Both the position numbers and the translations under genes were made by a program. From NCBI RefSeq assembly GCF_035594765.1, contig NC_085842.1, positions 9,919,256 through 9,983,255 of the forward strand: a DNA stretch of 64,000 nt, read 5' to 3'. The notes beneath the pieces were generated by a model. It searched no databases and was not told where the DNA came from. It worked only from the letters and a program-made list of their open reading frames with translations. Numbering within the stretch: position 1 is the stretch's first letter; each line of letters begins with the position of its first letter. Below are positions 46,201 to 58,788 of this stretch, piece by piece. Source of the DNA: Anolis carolinensis (lineage: Eukaryota).

Positions 46201-49200
46201 GCCTTTATTGTGGTGCCCAGAACTGGACACAGTGGTATTTCAGGTGAGGTCTCCCCAAAGCAGAAAGAAGGTTGCCATGACTTCCCTGAATCTAGACACG
46301 ATATTCCTTGGGATGCAGCCCAAAATCCCATAGTCCTTTCAGCTGCTGCCTCACATTGTTGGCTCATGTTCAACTTGTAGTCCTCTAACACTCCAAGATC
46401 CCATCATATGAATGCCTGTCAAGCCAGGTGTCGCCCATCCTGTTCCTGTGCATGGCATTTTTCTCCTGCCTAAGTGTACAACTCTACATATATTTTTGTT
46501 GACATTAAGTGGGTTAGTTTTGGCCCAGCTCTCTACCATGTTCAGGCCATTTTGAATTCTGATCCTATCTTCTAGACTGTCAGCTATACCTGCTAATTTG
46601 GTGTCATCTCAAAATATGATACGCATGTTGAGCAGTACTGGGCCCAGGACAGAGCCCTGCGGCACTCCACCCTTTGTCGCTCAAACCATTACAAATCCAC
46701 CGAACAGGAGTATTATCCAGCCCACTTTTTACTAGTTGTTTGTGAAACCATGGGAGGCCTTTCCAGAGGTCTTACTGAAAGCAAGATGTGCTACATCCAC
46801 TGCATTTCCTTCCTCTACCAAGCTTGTAGCTCTACTGAAAAGTACATTAGTCTGGCATGACTTGTTTTGGAGAAACTCATCTTGTCCTTCAGTGATTACA
46901 GCACTTTTCCCAAGTGATTCCAGACGGCCTTCTTCATGATCTGCTCCAACATTTTTCCTGTTATTTAGGTCAAGATAACGGGTGACTTCAATGCAAGGGT
47001 AGGATCTAGTTGAATAAATGTGTTGAGAGAAGAGGGCCTGGACAAAGATCCCTTCAACTCTCTCCTGACACCAGAAGCCCGACACTCTAAGGACCAAGCG
47101 TGAAACCAAGCCGGAAAGTGCCTGACCAAAATGGCCATGCAGCTCAACCTGTCTCGGCTAAATGGACTTACTCAGTTTCCTGACTCTGGAGAATATACAT
47201 TGGTCTCACCAAGGGGCTCTAGTGTCATAGACTATCTTCTGACTTCTCCCTCCATAGCTAGCAACATTGATTCATTTGCTATAGACAATTCCTTGCTTAG
47301 TGATCATCTATCTCCCACTTCTCCTGGTTTTGGAGAGAAGCAGCACTTCCCCACCTGGACAAGCCTACCCACAATACACCAGGCTGAAGCGGAACGTTAA
47401 GACAAAAGGGGTGTGCCTGGATATCTTGAACTCTTAGGAAGTGTTGTCCATAGAAACTATGATCATTGAAATCCCAGATTTCGAGGAGGCATCACCGGGT
47501 TTGAATCCCTTATAAAACCTATCTTTTAAAAACTATACGATTGGCAAAGAATGCCGAGGCAACCCAGGGTCAGATCCAAAAATTGGTTCGATAAAGAGTG
47601 CATAATAGCAAACAAACAGATCCGCTCCCTCTATAACTATTATCGATCCACATCAAACGATCTCCTCCTTATAAACATTCGGGAGTCTAAACAGCTGCTC
47701 CAACTGCTTATGGGACAAGTCAAGATAACTGGATGGTCATTGTTAGGGGACCTCTTTTTGGTCCATTCTTGAAGATAGAGACAACCTTTGCCTCCTCCAG
47801 CCTGCTGGGACTTCTCCTGTTCCCAAAAATGAACAAAGAGGATTGACAGTGGTTCTGGGATTACTGCTGTTAGTTCAATACCCTTGGCTGTAGTTCACCT
47901 GGCCCTGGAGACTGGGATTCATCGAGAGTGGCCAGGTATTCCTGGACCACTTCTTTACCCATTTTGGGTTGCATTTCTCCAGTTGCTCCATCTTCGTCAG
48001 GCAGAATACCAATTTCCTTTTGGGAGAAGACTGAGGCCGTGTTCTACCTCTTCCCTATCCCTGGTTAGCATCTCACCACCTTCTCCAGGCACAGACCCTA
48101 CTCTTGGCTCATTTCTTCTTCTGGCCTCATTTTCTGATTTAGATTGTTAGATCTTTTCCCTACTTATGTTGGTTAGTCGTTTACATTCCTTGGTGACTCT
48201 TCCCCCTTTCCATTTCTTGTACATGTCCCTTTTGAATCTTAGCTCCGTTGAAAGTTCTTTGAACATCCATTCTAGTTTCTTTAGTTTTCTCTTCATTTTT
48301 TCCCCTCCTTGTTGGCACGGTTTGCAATTGTGCCGTCAGTATTTCACTTCTAAGGAAACACATTCTATCTTGTCAGTTTCAATAGATATTTGGCCATTAA
48401 GCCTGGAACCAAGGGCACCCCGGCAGGCCCAGTCCTCCTCTCCCAGGAATCCTTCTGCTTACCTGACTCAGTCCCACTCCATCGCAAAGGGGGAGAAACG
48501 ACTGAGGATTCGGCAACAGCATCATTCCAGACCCTGGAGAGAGAGTAAGGGGTGGAAAGCTGGTCACAGAAACAGGCCTCAGAGGTGACCATTGCAGTCC
48601 TATAAAGAGACCGATGAGGAAACGACCCTAAGAACACAGGCGCATTCAACACCCAAGAAGATGTACAATGTGAGGGTGTAGGACTTTATCTCGCAAGCCC
48701 TGCTGTGAGGATGTTCGAGTGAAACAAGCACTGGGCTTGGTGTTTCAATTGACTAAAGTGATTTTTTGCCGCCTGTTTGTCTTCCAGCTCAGTTTCAGGG
48801 CTCAGCTCAGCTTAGGGTCCCACCTGGGAAGACACTGAAGGGCTGAATATTCAGTTCTATTGCAAGAAAGAAAACTGCAAATCAAACTGAAATCAAACTG
48901 TTAGCAACCCAATGCCTACATATAACAACAACAAGTACAACAATAATTTTATTTATTTATCATCCCCCTGAAGCACAAAACCCCAAAACTCCCAGAAGAG
49001 TTCCTTCTCACCCTGCAAGGCGGCAGCCCCGTCTCCTTCCCGCTTCAGCTCCTTCTGCCTGAGACTCTGGGTGGTGTCTGGTGGAGATTCCTCTGGTGCA
49101 GGGACTTCCATGGAGTTATTATTATGGGCCTGGAAGAGCACAGAGCGTTCCAGAAGGAGTTTGGAAAAAGTTCAGAAATATCACAGACCTCTAGACCTTT

Positions 49201-49854
49201 TTGGAAAGAATAACTCTGAGATGGGAACCTAGTTTGGAACCAATGCCCCCCTCCCCTTCCCATCATTGTCTATGTTCTATCTTGAGCAGAGCATCAACCA
49301 AGCTGACGGTAGAGATGGAGGGGCAGAGCAGGTGGGGAAAGAGGCCGAGCGAGCAGGGCCTTGCTTATCCCCCACATCGGTCCCATCTTGGAAGAAAGGC
49401 AGGATGCACGTTTAACCTGTCCATCAGTCCCCAGGTTAGTGAAACCCAGAGGGAATGCTCTCACCTGTCCTTCCTGCTCCTTGTCCTCGGCCCGACTCAG
49501 GAGGAAGCCTTCCGCCAGAGCCACCGCCTGGGAACAGGTCTCTGCCCCACACTCTCGGACCCAGCTCCCCATCTCTGGGGGCAGGATGCTCAGGAACTGC
49601 TCCAGGGTCACCAGGTCCAGCACCTCGGCCTTGGTGTGCTGCTCTGGCTTCAGCCACTGGCGGCACAGATCGTGGAGACGACTGCAAACCCCTCTGGGTC
49701 CTTCACCCTCTTGGTAGGAGGACTGCCTGAAGCGCTGGCGCTGTGTGTCCGAGCTGTCAAGGTCCACACTCAGGGACTCATGTCTGGTTCTTTCCCAGGA
49801 TTCCCCACTGCCCCCAGGTCCTGCTTCAGGCCCACGTGAGTTGGGTCTCTCCAT
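39550..49854 (-). CDS. Gene B: SCAN-KRAB-C2H2 zinc finger protein (ZKSCAN-type), predicted 911 aa; exons 49854-49465, 49129-49012, 48533-48463, 45975-45849, 41579-39550
   Basis: First four coding exons match gene A in size and phase; the summed CDS of 2736 nt is open; 21 fingers. Confidence 0.87.
42050..44186 (-). mobile_element. Tigger/pogo relic (paralog of 11748-14575; keeps the N-terminus, has a C-terminal deletion)
   Basis: TIR; [11 protein letters not shown] start; [18 protein letters not shown]. Confidence 0.85.
42736..43263 (+). mobile_element. tRNA-derived SINE, uninterrupted paralog of 12868
   Basis: Near-identical to 12868-13302 plus tail; (TAA)n end. Confidence 0.78.
44187..44676 (-). 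mobile_element. LTR-like element
   Basis: TGTCACG..CGTGACA terminal inverted repeat; minus-strand AATAAA near the left end; no TSD seen. Confidence 0.5.
45240..45445. mobile_element. Penelope-derived fragment
   Basis: GGGCTGTATGGCCATGT..ATTCTCTCCTGATGTT..GGCATCCTCAGAGGTTG, recognised from memory of squamate Penelope-related repeats. Confidence 0.45.
45849..45975 (-). CDS. Gene B KRAB-A exon (127 bp)
   Basis: [42 protein letters not shown]; AG/GT boundaries. Confidence 0.92.
46175..48360 (-). mobile_element. Old CR1 fragment (paralog of 16290-17225, longer), interrupted at 46980-47718
   Basis: KSCQTN and MSQQCEAAA motifs. Confidence 0.78.
46980..47718 (+). mobile_element. LINE endonuclease/linker fragment (clade uncertain, RTE-X-like)
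   Basis: [19 protein letters not shown] and WFDKEC; flanked by the direct repeat GTCAAGATAAC. Confidence 0.75.
48463..48533 (-). CDS. Gene B linker exon (71 bp)
   Basis: Paralog of 17335-17405. Confidence 0.7.
49012..49129 (-). CDS. Gene B linker exon (118 bp)
   Basis: Paralog of 18286-18403. Confidence 0.78.
49465..49854 (-). CDS. Gene B SCAN-domain exon (coding part; acceptor at 49982)
   Basis: SCAN consensus; donor CAG|GTGAG. Confidence 0.92.
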
Positions 49855-50189
49855 GTTGGAACCACTCTGGTGAAGAACCCAACCGTATCCAAGATGCTTT
49901 TCCTTCCTCTTCTTTCTTTCAAGGGAAGGAAATCCCTCCACAGGCTCTACTCTGAGATTCTCGGCCAAAAATCACATTTCCTCTGTGAAAGAAAGGCAGA
50001 AAGGTTGTGGGACCAGGCTTTTGAGCAATAGTAGCAGCAGAAATGACAACTATATGATCCAAGGTATAATGACAGACCGCGTTTGGACTTGAAATGTATA
50101 TTTATAAAGGTTTGAATGTAATTTAATTTAAATGGAATTTTGAAATGTGATTGTAATTGTTTGATATATGTGTTTCATATTGTAAGCAG

Positions 50190-51010
50190 AACCAACTGCT
50201 ACAGACAAAAAACAAGCCAACTGGGAAGCTGCATCAATTTCTTCTGAAAGATTTTACAATTGATGAAGAAATTAAAAAACCTATGATTCAGTGGGTGAAC
50301 AGTCTAGGCTGAGCAATAAGTCCACGAGAATGGGAAGAGCTCTGGTAAAAATGACTAAAATTTACAAGGAGTCACACAATTAAATACAATTTCAACAAAG
50401 TGATACATAGATGGTACATAACTCCAGAAAAACTCTCAAATACACACACACACACATATGATATGTTGGGACTAACGAATTCTGAATAAAAATCCACACA
50501 GACATGGAAACTATTCTAGAGTACAAAATCCCATTAAAACCATAACTTTTTCTACTGGGAAACATCAAGAAAGACTCTTTCTTTATATGACAACAGAAGC
50601 AAGAACTGAATACGCAAAACTATGGAAACAACAAGACATGCCAACACCAGAAAACTGGATGACAAAAGGTTTTGAAATGGCCAAATAGGACAAACTAACT
50701 TTAGCTGTACAACAAACAAATACACAGAAACTTCCAAGAAGAATGGAAGCCATTCATTGAATTCACAAAGCAAAGGAAGATGGCCACAGCAGGATCTGTT
50801 GACTAAAATATTATTAATAGTATACAGTTACATTTTGTACTATTTCTGAACTCTTTATTCAAGAGACTTTGAATAATTGACCTATCAGCACTCTTTGATT
50901 AGAACACAAAAGGTTGCGAGCCTTGTTAATTAGGTATTTTAGAGCGACAACATATATATTAATACATATTTGTGTAGTGTTTAAATAAAAGAAGATAACA
51001 ATGTAACATA
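50190..51010 (+). mobile_element. L1 3' relic
   Basis: EWEELW..FNKVIHRWYITPEKLS..ARTEYAKLWK. Confidence 0.65.
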
Positions 51011-51614
51011 GTGAATTCTTACCCACACAATCCTAATTTACTAACTAATGGAATTGATAGTTTAGATCTATATGGCAGTCGTTATGACATGAAATACATG
51101 CAAAGAACTGGAAAAGAAGGTGGGAAGGAGAGTGGATAGTGTGGGAAAGCAAAGTCCTGAGGACAAGAGTGCATTCGTTTCTGTCACAGAGGACATTTGG
51201 ATCTTCCAAAACTTTAGACACTGTCTATAATACTAGGGCTTGGGTTAAAGAGATCGATGTAAAAGCTATAACAAAGACAAGGCTTCTCTTCCCCCCTCCA
51301 CCCCCTTCCTTTTCCTCATGATACAGAAGACATTGATATAGTTCTTTTAAAAAATATAGACACCCCTTGTTATACAGCAGACGCATAATATTCAATATTC
51401 AAAACAATTCTACAATACATTTTTGCATCCACTGTTATTTTCACCCATATATATATATATATTATCCCATACCACCGTGTGTCCCCCCCCCCCAAGCAAT
51501 TTCTTTGATACCTCATCTGTCCCAAATTTCGTTTCCTCTTGTGGAGGTCATTCTCCATCCCTCCATCTCAGGCCAGGAAGGAAGGCGTGAGAGATGGAGG
51601 CGGGACACACAAAT

Positions 51615-52050
51615 AAAGTTGTTGCTGAGGTGTTCCTGCGAGTATCTTTGTAGATCTTAGGAAACTATTTCTTGATTTAAGGCATTGACATGCTGGCTGA
51701 TATCCAAACAGGGGATGGGCCAGAGATGTCACTGCCTTGGTCCTTTCATTACAGGCTGCTACTTCCCCACAGATGTCAGATGGTGCCATAATAATAATAA
51801 TAAATACCATTTCATTTCTAGACTGCCCTCTCTCCCCAGAGGGACTCAACAGTATCATTTCTCCAGTGGTGTGGGGCGCAGACATCCTGTGAGGGTGCGG
51901 CATGTCTCATGAAGAGCCACGTCCACTGTTTGAACGTGGTGAGATGTCTTCCCCACTGGGCCTGTGAATTCAGCAGCAGAGGAGCCAAGCGCCTGTCTTT
52001 CCAGGGCCTGGTTGGGATCCCCAGGTTGTGCCAGTCAGCTTTTGTACCAT
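51615..52050 (-). mobile_element. Vingi-type LINE fragments
   Basis: APSDI..ERTKAVTSLAHPLFGYQPA..LKSRNSFLRST, recognised as the Vingi/ingi C-terminal region. Confidence 0.6.
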
Positions 52051-52259
52051 GTGATTTCTACCACCCACTTTTGGCTTGAGAGTCAAGCAGGGCTTCTTGT
52101 TGATTGCTGTCTTGTATATTGTTCCTGTTTTGTATGGGATCTTTCTGTGAGCCACGCCGAGTCCCCTCTGGGGGAGATGGTGGCAGGATACAAATGTTGT
52201 TGTTGTTGTTGTTGTTGTTGTTCTCCCTTTGTCTGCATGTCCCTCTGTTGTGAATGTCC

Positions 52260-52358
52260 ATGCCAGCTGATCCCTGGGGGCCCCTCCCTTTCCGAGCGCC
52301 CTTCCTTCCTTCCTTCCTTCCTTCTCTTGGTCTGTTGACCTCCCTTCCCCAGTCCCTT

Positions 52359-52436
<78 letters not shown>

Positions 52437-52548
52437 CAGTCTTGAGGTGGAGGTGAAGGTGAGGCCTGCGGGGCCTGAGGGGAGGCCTTCTGGGAGTTGG
52501 AGTCCAAAACCCCGCCCCGGAGGGAGGCCCGGAGCTTGCCCAGGCCTG

Positions 52549-52582
<34 letters not shown>

Positions 52583-53490
52583 GTGGTGGCCTGTGTTCCC
52601 AGGGAGAGAACGAGAGAGGAAGGCCCGCCTGGGAGTGGGCCAGGCCCGGGCCCTCCTCGGCCTCCCCTCCCTCCCTCCCTCCCTCCCTCCCTCCCTCCCT
52701 TGGGCCTTGGCTCCTCTTGGGCCCTCGGGAGGAGGCCTGGCAACGAGACTCACCAGGACTGACGAGGCGGAGGACGAGGCCNNNNNNNNNNNNNNNNNNN
52801 NNNNNNNNNNNNNNNNNNNNNNNNNNNNNNNNNNNNNNNNNNNNNNNNNNNNNNNNNNNNNNNNNNNNNNNNNNNNNNNNNNNNNNNNNNNNNNNNNNNN
52901 NNNNNNNNNNNNNNCAGGCCTCGGCCTTCCCAACGGTCACTCAGCCCGTCACATGACCCGCGGGCGGGAAGGCCAGGGCGAGGCTGCCCGGAGACTGGTG
53001 ACGCGGAGAGACCAGGCCGATCCCCATTGGCCCATTTCTGGAAGGACCCTTCACGGCCCAAGGGCGAGGGGAGGGGAGGGGGCGTTCCTGCCCGGAGACC
53101 GATGACGCGCGAGAGGAAGGCGGGTTCCCATTGGCGGACCGTGAAGCGAAGGGGGGAAGGCGGGGGGGGGGGGAGAAGCGCCTAGTTCCCTCAGGCGAAG
53201 CCCCGCCTTCCACCCTTTCCTGTGAGCGCCCTTCGAGGAAGAGGGAGGAGGAGGAGGAGGAGGAGGAGGAGGAGGAGGCCTTTCGGGAGAGAGAGAGAGA
53301 GAGAGAGGAGCAGGTCAGGGGCAGCTGGGTGAGGGTTCGGGGTCCCTGCTGACGGGCCTCCCTTCCCCGTCCGGCCTTGGTCTGTCTGTCTGTCCCGGGG
53401 AGGCTGCGGCCTGCTCGGCCCTCCAGGCCCTCTGCGCATGCGCCTTCCAAAACGGGGCAGCCAGGTTGCTGACACCCCCCCCCCCCCTCC
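52260..53490. promoter_or_regulatory. CpG-island promoter, probably bidirectional (genes B and D); contains (CT)n/(GA)n tracts and an assembly gap
   Basis: Homologous to 21840-22440; two TGACG..ATTGG modules, TGCGCATGCG and GGCGGGAA. Confidence 0.8.
52782..52914. other. Assembly gap (133 N)
   Basis: Run of N. Confidence 1.
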
Positions 53491-53766
53491 ACTGACTGAC
53501 AGCCTGTCACTGGGCACAAGTCAAAGGGCTGGTGATGGCCTTTCAAGCCCTGGATGGTTCAGGTCCAGACTGTTTGGCTGATCCCATCTCATGGGCTACG
53601 CTTTTGGGATGTTGTGTTTTAGAGGCACTGATGTATTAATTCCTTGGGATTGGAATGCATTTGATTGTATATTGTTGGGATTGGTCCCCATAGAAACCAC
53701 CCCAAGTCCCCTCGCAGAGATGGCGCGGGATACAAAAATAAAGTTGTTGCTATTATTATTATTATT

Positions 53767-54375
53767 TGAAACATAACAAGATGAGTCCACAGCAGACACT
53801 CTGCTGGCTGTCTTGGATCACACCTCGGACACTTCCCCAATGTCTAGGACTGTGTGATGTATCGGCGAGTAATGCGTGCCTCTCCCAAGAAGGTGGCCTT
53901 CTGCAGCTGGCAGAGGGTAATTTTGTCAGCGCCGATTGTGTTTAAGTGCAGGCCAAGGTTTTTAGCCACTGCACCCACTGGGACCACCTTGACTGGCTTG
54001 TGCCAGAGTCCTTGTAATTCGATCTTTAAATCCTCATATCATGTCAGCTTTTCTAGTTGTTTCTCCTCAATCCTGCTGTCACCTGGGATGACAATATTGA
54101 CAGTCCATACTTTTTTTTAACACGATCGTGAGGTCAGGGGTCTTGTGCTCCAAAACCCTGTCTGTCTGAATTCGGAAGTCCCAGAGTAGCTTGACATGTT
54201 CATTCTCTGTAACGTTTTCGGGCTTGTGATTCCACCAGTTCTTTGTTGCAGGCAGATGGTATTTGTGGCACAAGTTCCAATTAATCATCTGAGCAACGGT
54301 GTTCTGCCTCTGCTTGTAGTCTGTCTGTGCAATCTTTCTGCAGCAGCTGAGGGTGTGATCTATTGTTTCATCTGT
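53767..54375 (-). mobile_element. R4/Dong non-LTR retrotransposon 3' fragment
   Basis: WNLCHKY..HKPENVTENEHVKLLWDFRIQTD..PDL (restriction-like endonuclease); flanked on both sides by (TAA)n. Confidence 0.85.
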
Positions 54376-55619
54376 TTATTATTATTATTATTATTATTAT
54401 GGAGCTCCTGATCTGCTGAACTGCTGTTGTTGCTGCTTTTCCCTTTTTGACGGCTTTGTCCTTTTTGGGAAATGGCAACAGACGCATAACCTTCCCTCGG
54501 CAGAGAGGGCTGTCCTGCGGAAAGAAGGGCGTCTGCAGGGAGGGATTGGCGGAGGCTGTGCAGAAGAAGCTCCAGGCCGAAGTGGAGAAGGACCAGCAGG
54601 TGCCAAAAGGTGAGGCGGACTTGGGAGTAGTTTGGGTATCTTTAGCTGAGAGGGAAAGAAAGGCCGAGGGGACAGGAGAGCCAATATGGGGAAGGATGTC
54701 CCACTGAGGAGAAAAGGGCAAGTTTTTCCTGCTACTCTGGAGACTAAAATGGAAAGCAGTTGATTCACATTGTGGGAAAGAAGCTTCCAACTAAACATTG
54801 GGAAGCATTTCTGGATGGCAAGAGCAGTTCAGCCGTGGAAGCCTGGTCCCTTCTCAGGAGCCTCCCTTCCCAAGCCTTGGCCTTCCACTTCCAGGGACTC
54901 CATGTCCCAGAATCCCTGATCTTGGGCCAAGGCAGCTGAGGCTTCTGGGTGCTAAAGTCCAAGAAATCCCAGAGGAATAGAGTTTGGGAATCCCTGCTCA
55001 AGAGAGTGGAGGGAATAATGATAATAATAGTAATAGTAATAACTTTATTTCTAACCCTCCCTCTCTCCCCAAAGGGAATGGCTCTCTTGGACTACAACGC
55101 CCAGAAACCCTCCTGGCATGAGGGTTGGAGGAACCTGGGAGTTGTATCCCAAGACAAATATCTCCCAAGTCCTTGAGGAGGAGGCGGGGGAGGGGGAGGC
55201 GGCAGCCTTGGCCTAGGACTGAGACACGAGGAATCCCCGAAGCCAGAGGGTTGGGAGAGACCCCAAGGGCCACCCAGCCCCACCACCTTCTGCCAGGCAG
55301 GGAAACACAATCCAAATCCTCCCGACAGATCTCCATCCAGCCTCTGACTAAATCCTCCAAAGAAGGAGCTCCCACCAGACTCTGAGGCAGAGAGTTCCCC
55401 TGCTGAACAGCTCTTCTTCTTGCCCTCAGGAAGTCCTTCCTCGTGTTTGGGAGGAATCCCTTTTCTTGCCGTTTGACCTCCTGGCTCCGTTGTCCCTTAG
55501 TCTCCAGAGCAACAGAAAGGAAGCCTTTCCCCCTCCTCTTCCTCACCAATGGGACATCTTTTTGGATTTTGAAACATGCCTGCAGTCAAATCTGGATGAC
55601 TGACAGAACTTGGAGGACT

Positions 55620-56090
55620 CTCCTCAAAAATAAAACTTGACAAGCCTAGCAAATATAGTCACATAGTGTAAATGTACACAGAATAAACACTTCAAACAGC
55701 TCAGACCTTATTAAGTGGTCAGATGGTGTCCAATTGAGATCAATTCCAGTATCTAGACAGGATTTAATATATCTAGACAATGATACATATCGAGTCGTAT
55801 TAGTCTTCCTCCTCTCAGTAGGCCAGAGTGCATAGATGTGTTTTTAGTTTGAAGGCAAGGAGGGAGGGGGCAGTTTTTCGTTCTTTTGGGAGGGATTTCC
55901 AGAGGAGGGGAGGAGCACGGAGAAGGCCCCCTTTCTCGTTCCCACCAGCCGTGCTTGAGACGGGGGTGGGACTGAGAGCAGGGCCTCCTCCGCAGATCGC
56001 AGTGCTCGAGCCGGTTTGTAAACAGGGACGCGATTCTGCAAATAGTCTGCATCTCCGTTTACAAACCGGTTCGAGCACTGCGATCCTAAA
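55620..56090 (-). mobile_element. L2 3' fragment with a short fold-back at its 5' truncation point
   Basis: YLQNRVPVYKPARALRSAEEALL..GAFSV (ORF 55844..56098). Confidence 0.7.
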
Positions 56091-56179
56091 CTCAACAAGC
56101 TCTATGAGGTATGACGAGCCAGATGAGAGCCCGAGTCTCTTCTGGTGTGGGAGAATCAGCCATCTACAAAGATGTTGCC

Positions 56180-56625
56180 AAGGGGAAGCCGAACACTTGA
56201 TGAACCAACATAGTATATTATTTGAGAACACAGAAATGTTGGATTACTCTGACAACTACCATGTCAGACTACACAGAAAAGCCATTGAAATCCACAAGCA
56301 TGTGGACAATTTCAACAGAAAGGAGAAAACCATGAAATTGAACACAATCTGGCTACCAGTATGAAAAAAGACTCTAAAATCAGTAAATAAAAATCAACAC
56401 TCAAAAAATGAGAATTGCAGGCATGAAACAATGGGTCAGCTAACACCTCCCAACAAAGGATTCCCCCAGGCAGAAAGCAGGCAGGCTTTAAAAATGAAAT
56501 TCAGTGTCAATCAAGGTGGCCAGCTGCAACATTCACACTTGCCTCGGGCAGACAAGAGTTCTTTCTCCCACCCTTGTCATTACACAGATATATAAACCCC
56601 ACGTGCCTAGTTTCCAACAGACCTC
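56180..56625 (+). mobile_element. Penelope-like element 3' part (GIY-YIG C-terminus and tail)
   Basis: AEHLMNQHSILFENTEML..RLHRKAIEIHKH..FNRKE..LNTIWLPV. Confidence 0.8.
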
Positions 56626-56717
56626 CATTATGAAAACGGGTGCCTTTTGGGAGATTGGAATGGAGTGATTTCACCAAAGAAAGACAAACTCTCGGGGAGG
56701 GGGATGCAAAGAATATA

Positions 56718-57136
56718 CTGTATATACGCAAGTATAAGCCTCTCCTCCTTTCCCGTGCAGCGCACGCCTTCCTCTCCTCGGCACTCGTCTTTCCCACTTT
56801 TCTTTATTCGTATACACACTGCATTTCCCCCAAAATGTATAGTTAAAATAAACTATGGTGATTATTGGAAGAATATATAAGCACATTTACATTGAAGAAG
56901 CTTAGAATAATAATTTAATCACAGTTGGAAAGTCTTAAATTGCAGTTGTATGTAAATATTCAAAAACATTTAACCTTCTGATGCCTCCATTAATCTAATT
57001 TTATTGCTATCTATTTTTATTTTGAAATGTACCAGTACCTGCTGCATTTCCCACCCCGTCTTATACTTGAGTCAATAGTTTTTCCCAGTTTTTTGTGTTA
57101 AATTAGGTGCCTCGGCTTTTACTCGAGTATATACAG
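56718..57136. mobile_element. Tc1/mariner-type MITE
   Basis: TA|CTGTATATACGCAAGTATAAGCC..GGCTTTTACTCGAGTATATACAG|TA. Confidence 0.8.
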
Positions 57137-57139
57137 TAC

Positions 57140-58220
57140 ACAATTTTCAGAAAGACAAAATACTTTCTCTAGAATGGAAAAGATATGGATATCTGCCAAA
57201 CTCAAAACCTGTTCAAAAGACAGAACTCCTACCCAAAACTATCTCAGATCATAATCCAGTGACTCTAGTAATTAAAAAGAAAGTAAAAAATGGCCCTTCC
57301 CCATTTCGGCCCATTTCGGCACATGTTGCGCTTTGCCTGGGTTCTATGAATTAGACTCCAGTGTTAATATTGTATGTTTTATGTTGATTTAACGATTGTT
57401 TTTACTGTAATTGATGTTTTTATTGGATAACTGTTTTATTGCTGTGTTTTGATATTTGATTGTTTTATCGGGCAAGGCCCCATGTAAGCCGCCCCGAGTT
57501 CCTTCGGGGAGATGGGGCGGGTATAAAAATAAAGTTATTATTATTATTATTATTAAAAACACTTAGATGGCAGCTGAATGAATCACTACTGCAAAAGGAG
57601 GACGTAATTGAGAATTTGAAAGAAAAACTGAAAGAATACTTGGAATTTAATTTAAATCAAGTTACAGATATTCAAACAGTATGGGATGCCAGTACAGCTT
57701 ATATTAGAGGATACTTTATAAAATGCAACACTGAAATGAGAAAGAATAGACAGAAATATTTTCAGATAATTTCAGATGATATTAAAAAAAGAAGAGGAGT
57801 TAAAGAAAAATCCTTTGAATTCAAACATTCTAACTCAGATAAAACTCCTACAAAAGCAATTATTGTGTTACTAGTTAATGAATTGGAAACTAAAATAAAG
57901 AATGCAAAAAAAAATATTTTGAATCAGCTAACAAACCAAGGAAATAGTTAGCATATACGTTGAGGAAAGAAAGCCCAAAAATGTAATTGTCAATTCTTTA
58001 TTTATGTATTTATTTATTTATGACATTTCTACCCCGCCTTTCTCTACCCTGAAGGGGACTTACTGTTAAGATACAACATGAGGATAAAATATTAATAGAT
58101 GATATCAATATTCAACAGGCTTTAAAACATTATTACATTAATTTATATAAGGCTGACCACATATCTCTACAAGACATTGAGAATAATTTAATTCAGCGAA
58201 AGATGCCAAAAATAAATGTT
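57140..58220 (+). mobile_element. L1 ORF2 endonuclease end/linker relic, with an L2 tail inserted at ~57290-57555
   Basis: ISDHNPV, WQLNESLL and VWDASTAYIRG. Confidence 0.75.
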
Positions 58221-58788
58221 CACAGTTCACAGCCTGTTATGCCTTCAGCTTTGCTGCATTGTTGGATTTTAATCGGTAGGGTTGGATTTTATTTTGTGCA
58301 GAGTATCTTTGCGCACTGTCCCCTTTGGACCTGAGGAGGGATAGTTTGTTGTTAGGCAAGTGTTAAAGCATTTCTCACCAGGCAATGGGCTCACCCTCTT
58401 CCCCTGGGTTTGTTACAGCACGAGACTTGTTTTTCATGTTCCATGAGATCTTTCTCTGTTCAACTCCTGAAGAGATTTTCCCCTCATTTGTCTGCAGGTA
58501 ACTTCTGAAAAAGCTCTGCAAAGAATACGTTGTGAGAGCTTTGCCCAAGGAGTGCTCTAAGTCTAAAGGGACTTCAAAATACACAGCAATGACAACAAGA
58601 AAAAATAAGTAGTAAAAATATATTTCAAGCTACAAACCTATGCAGTTAAGAGGAGGAAATAAGATTGTGCTGAAAAAAGAGAGGCTTGGGAAAGCGAGCA
58701 GAAGGCTACAGCAATACAAAGACTGTGCTGCTCAGGAGGTTATATCTGTGAACGCCTGGCATAATATTTGAATTATAAATATAAAAGA

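Larger units (their letters stand above)
38719..53445. repeat. Segmental duplication unit 2, minus-gene half (paralogous to ~8783-22460)
   Basis: Collinear homology with unit 1. Confidence 0.9.
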
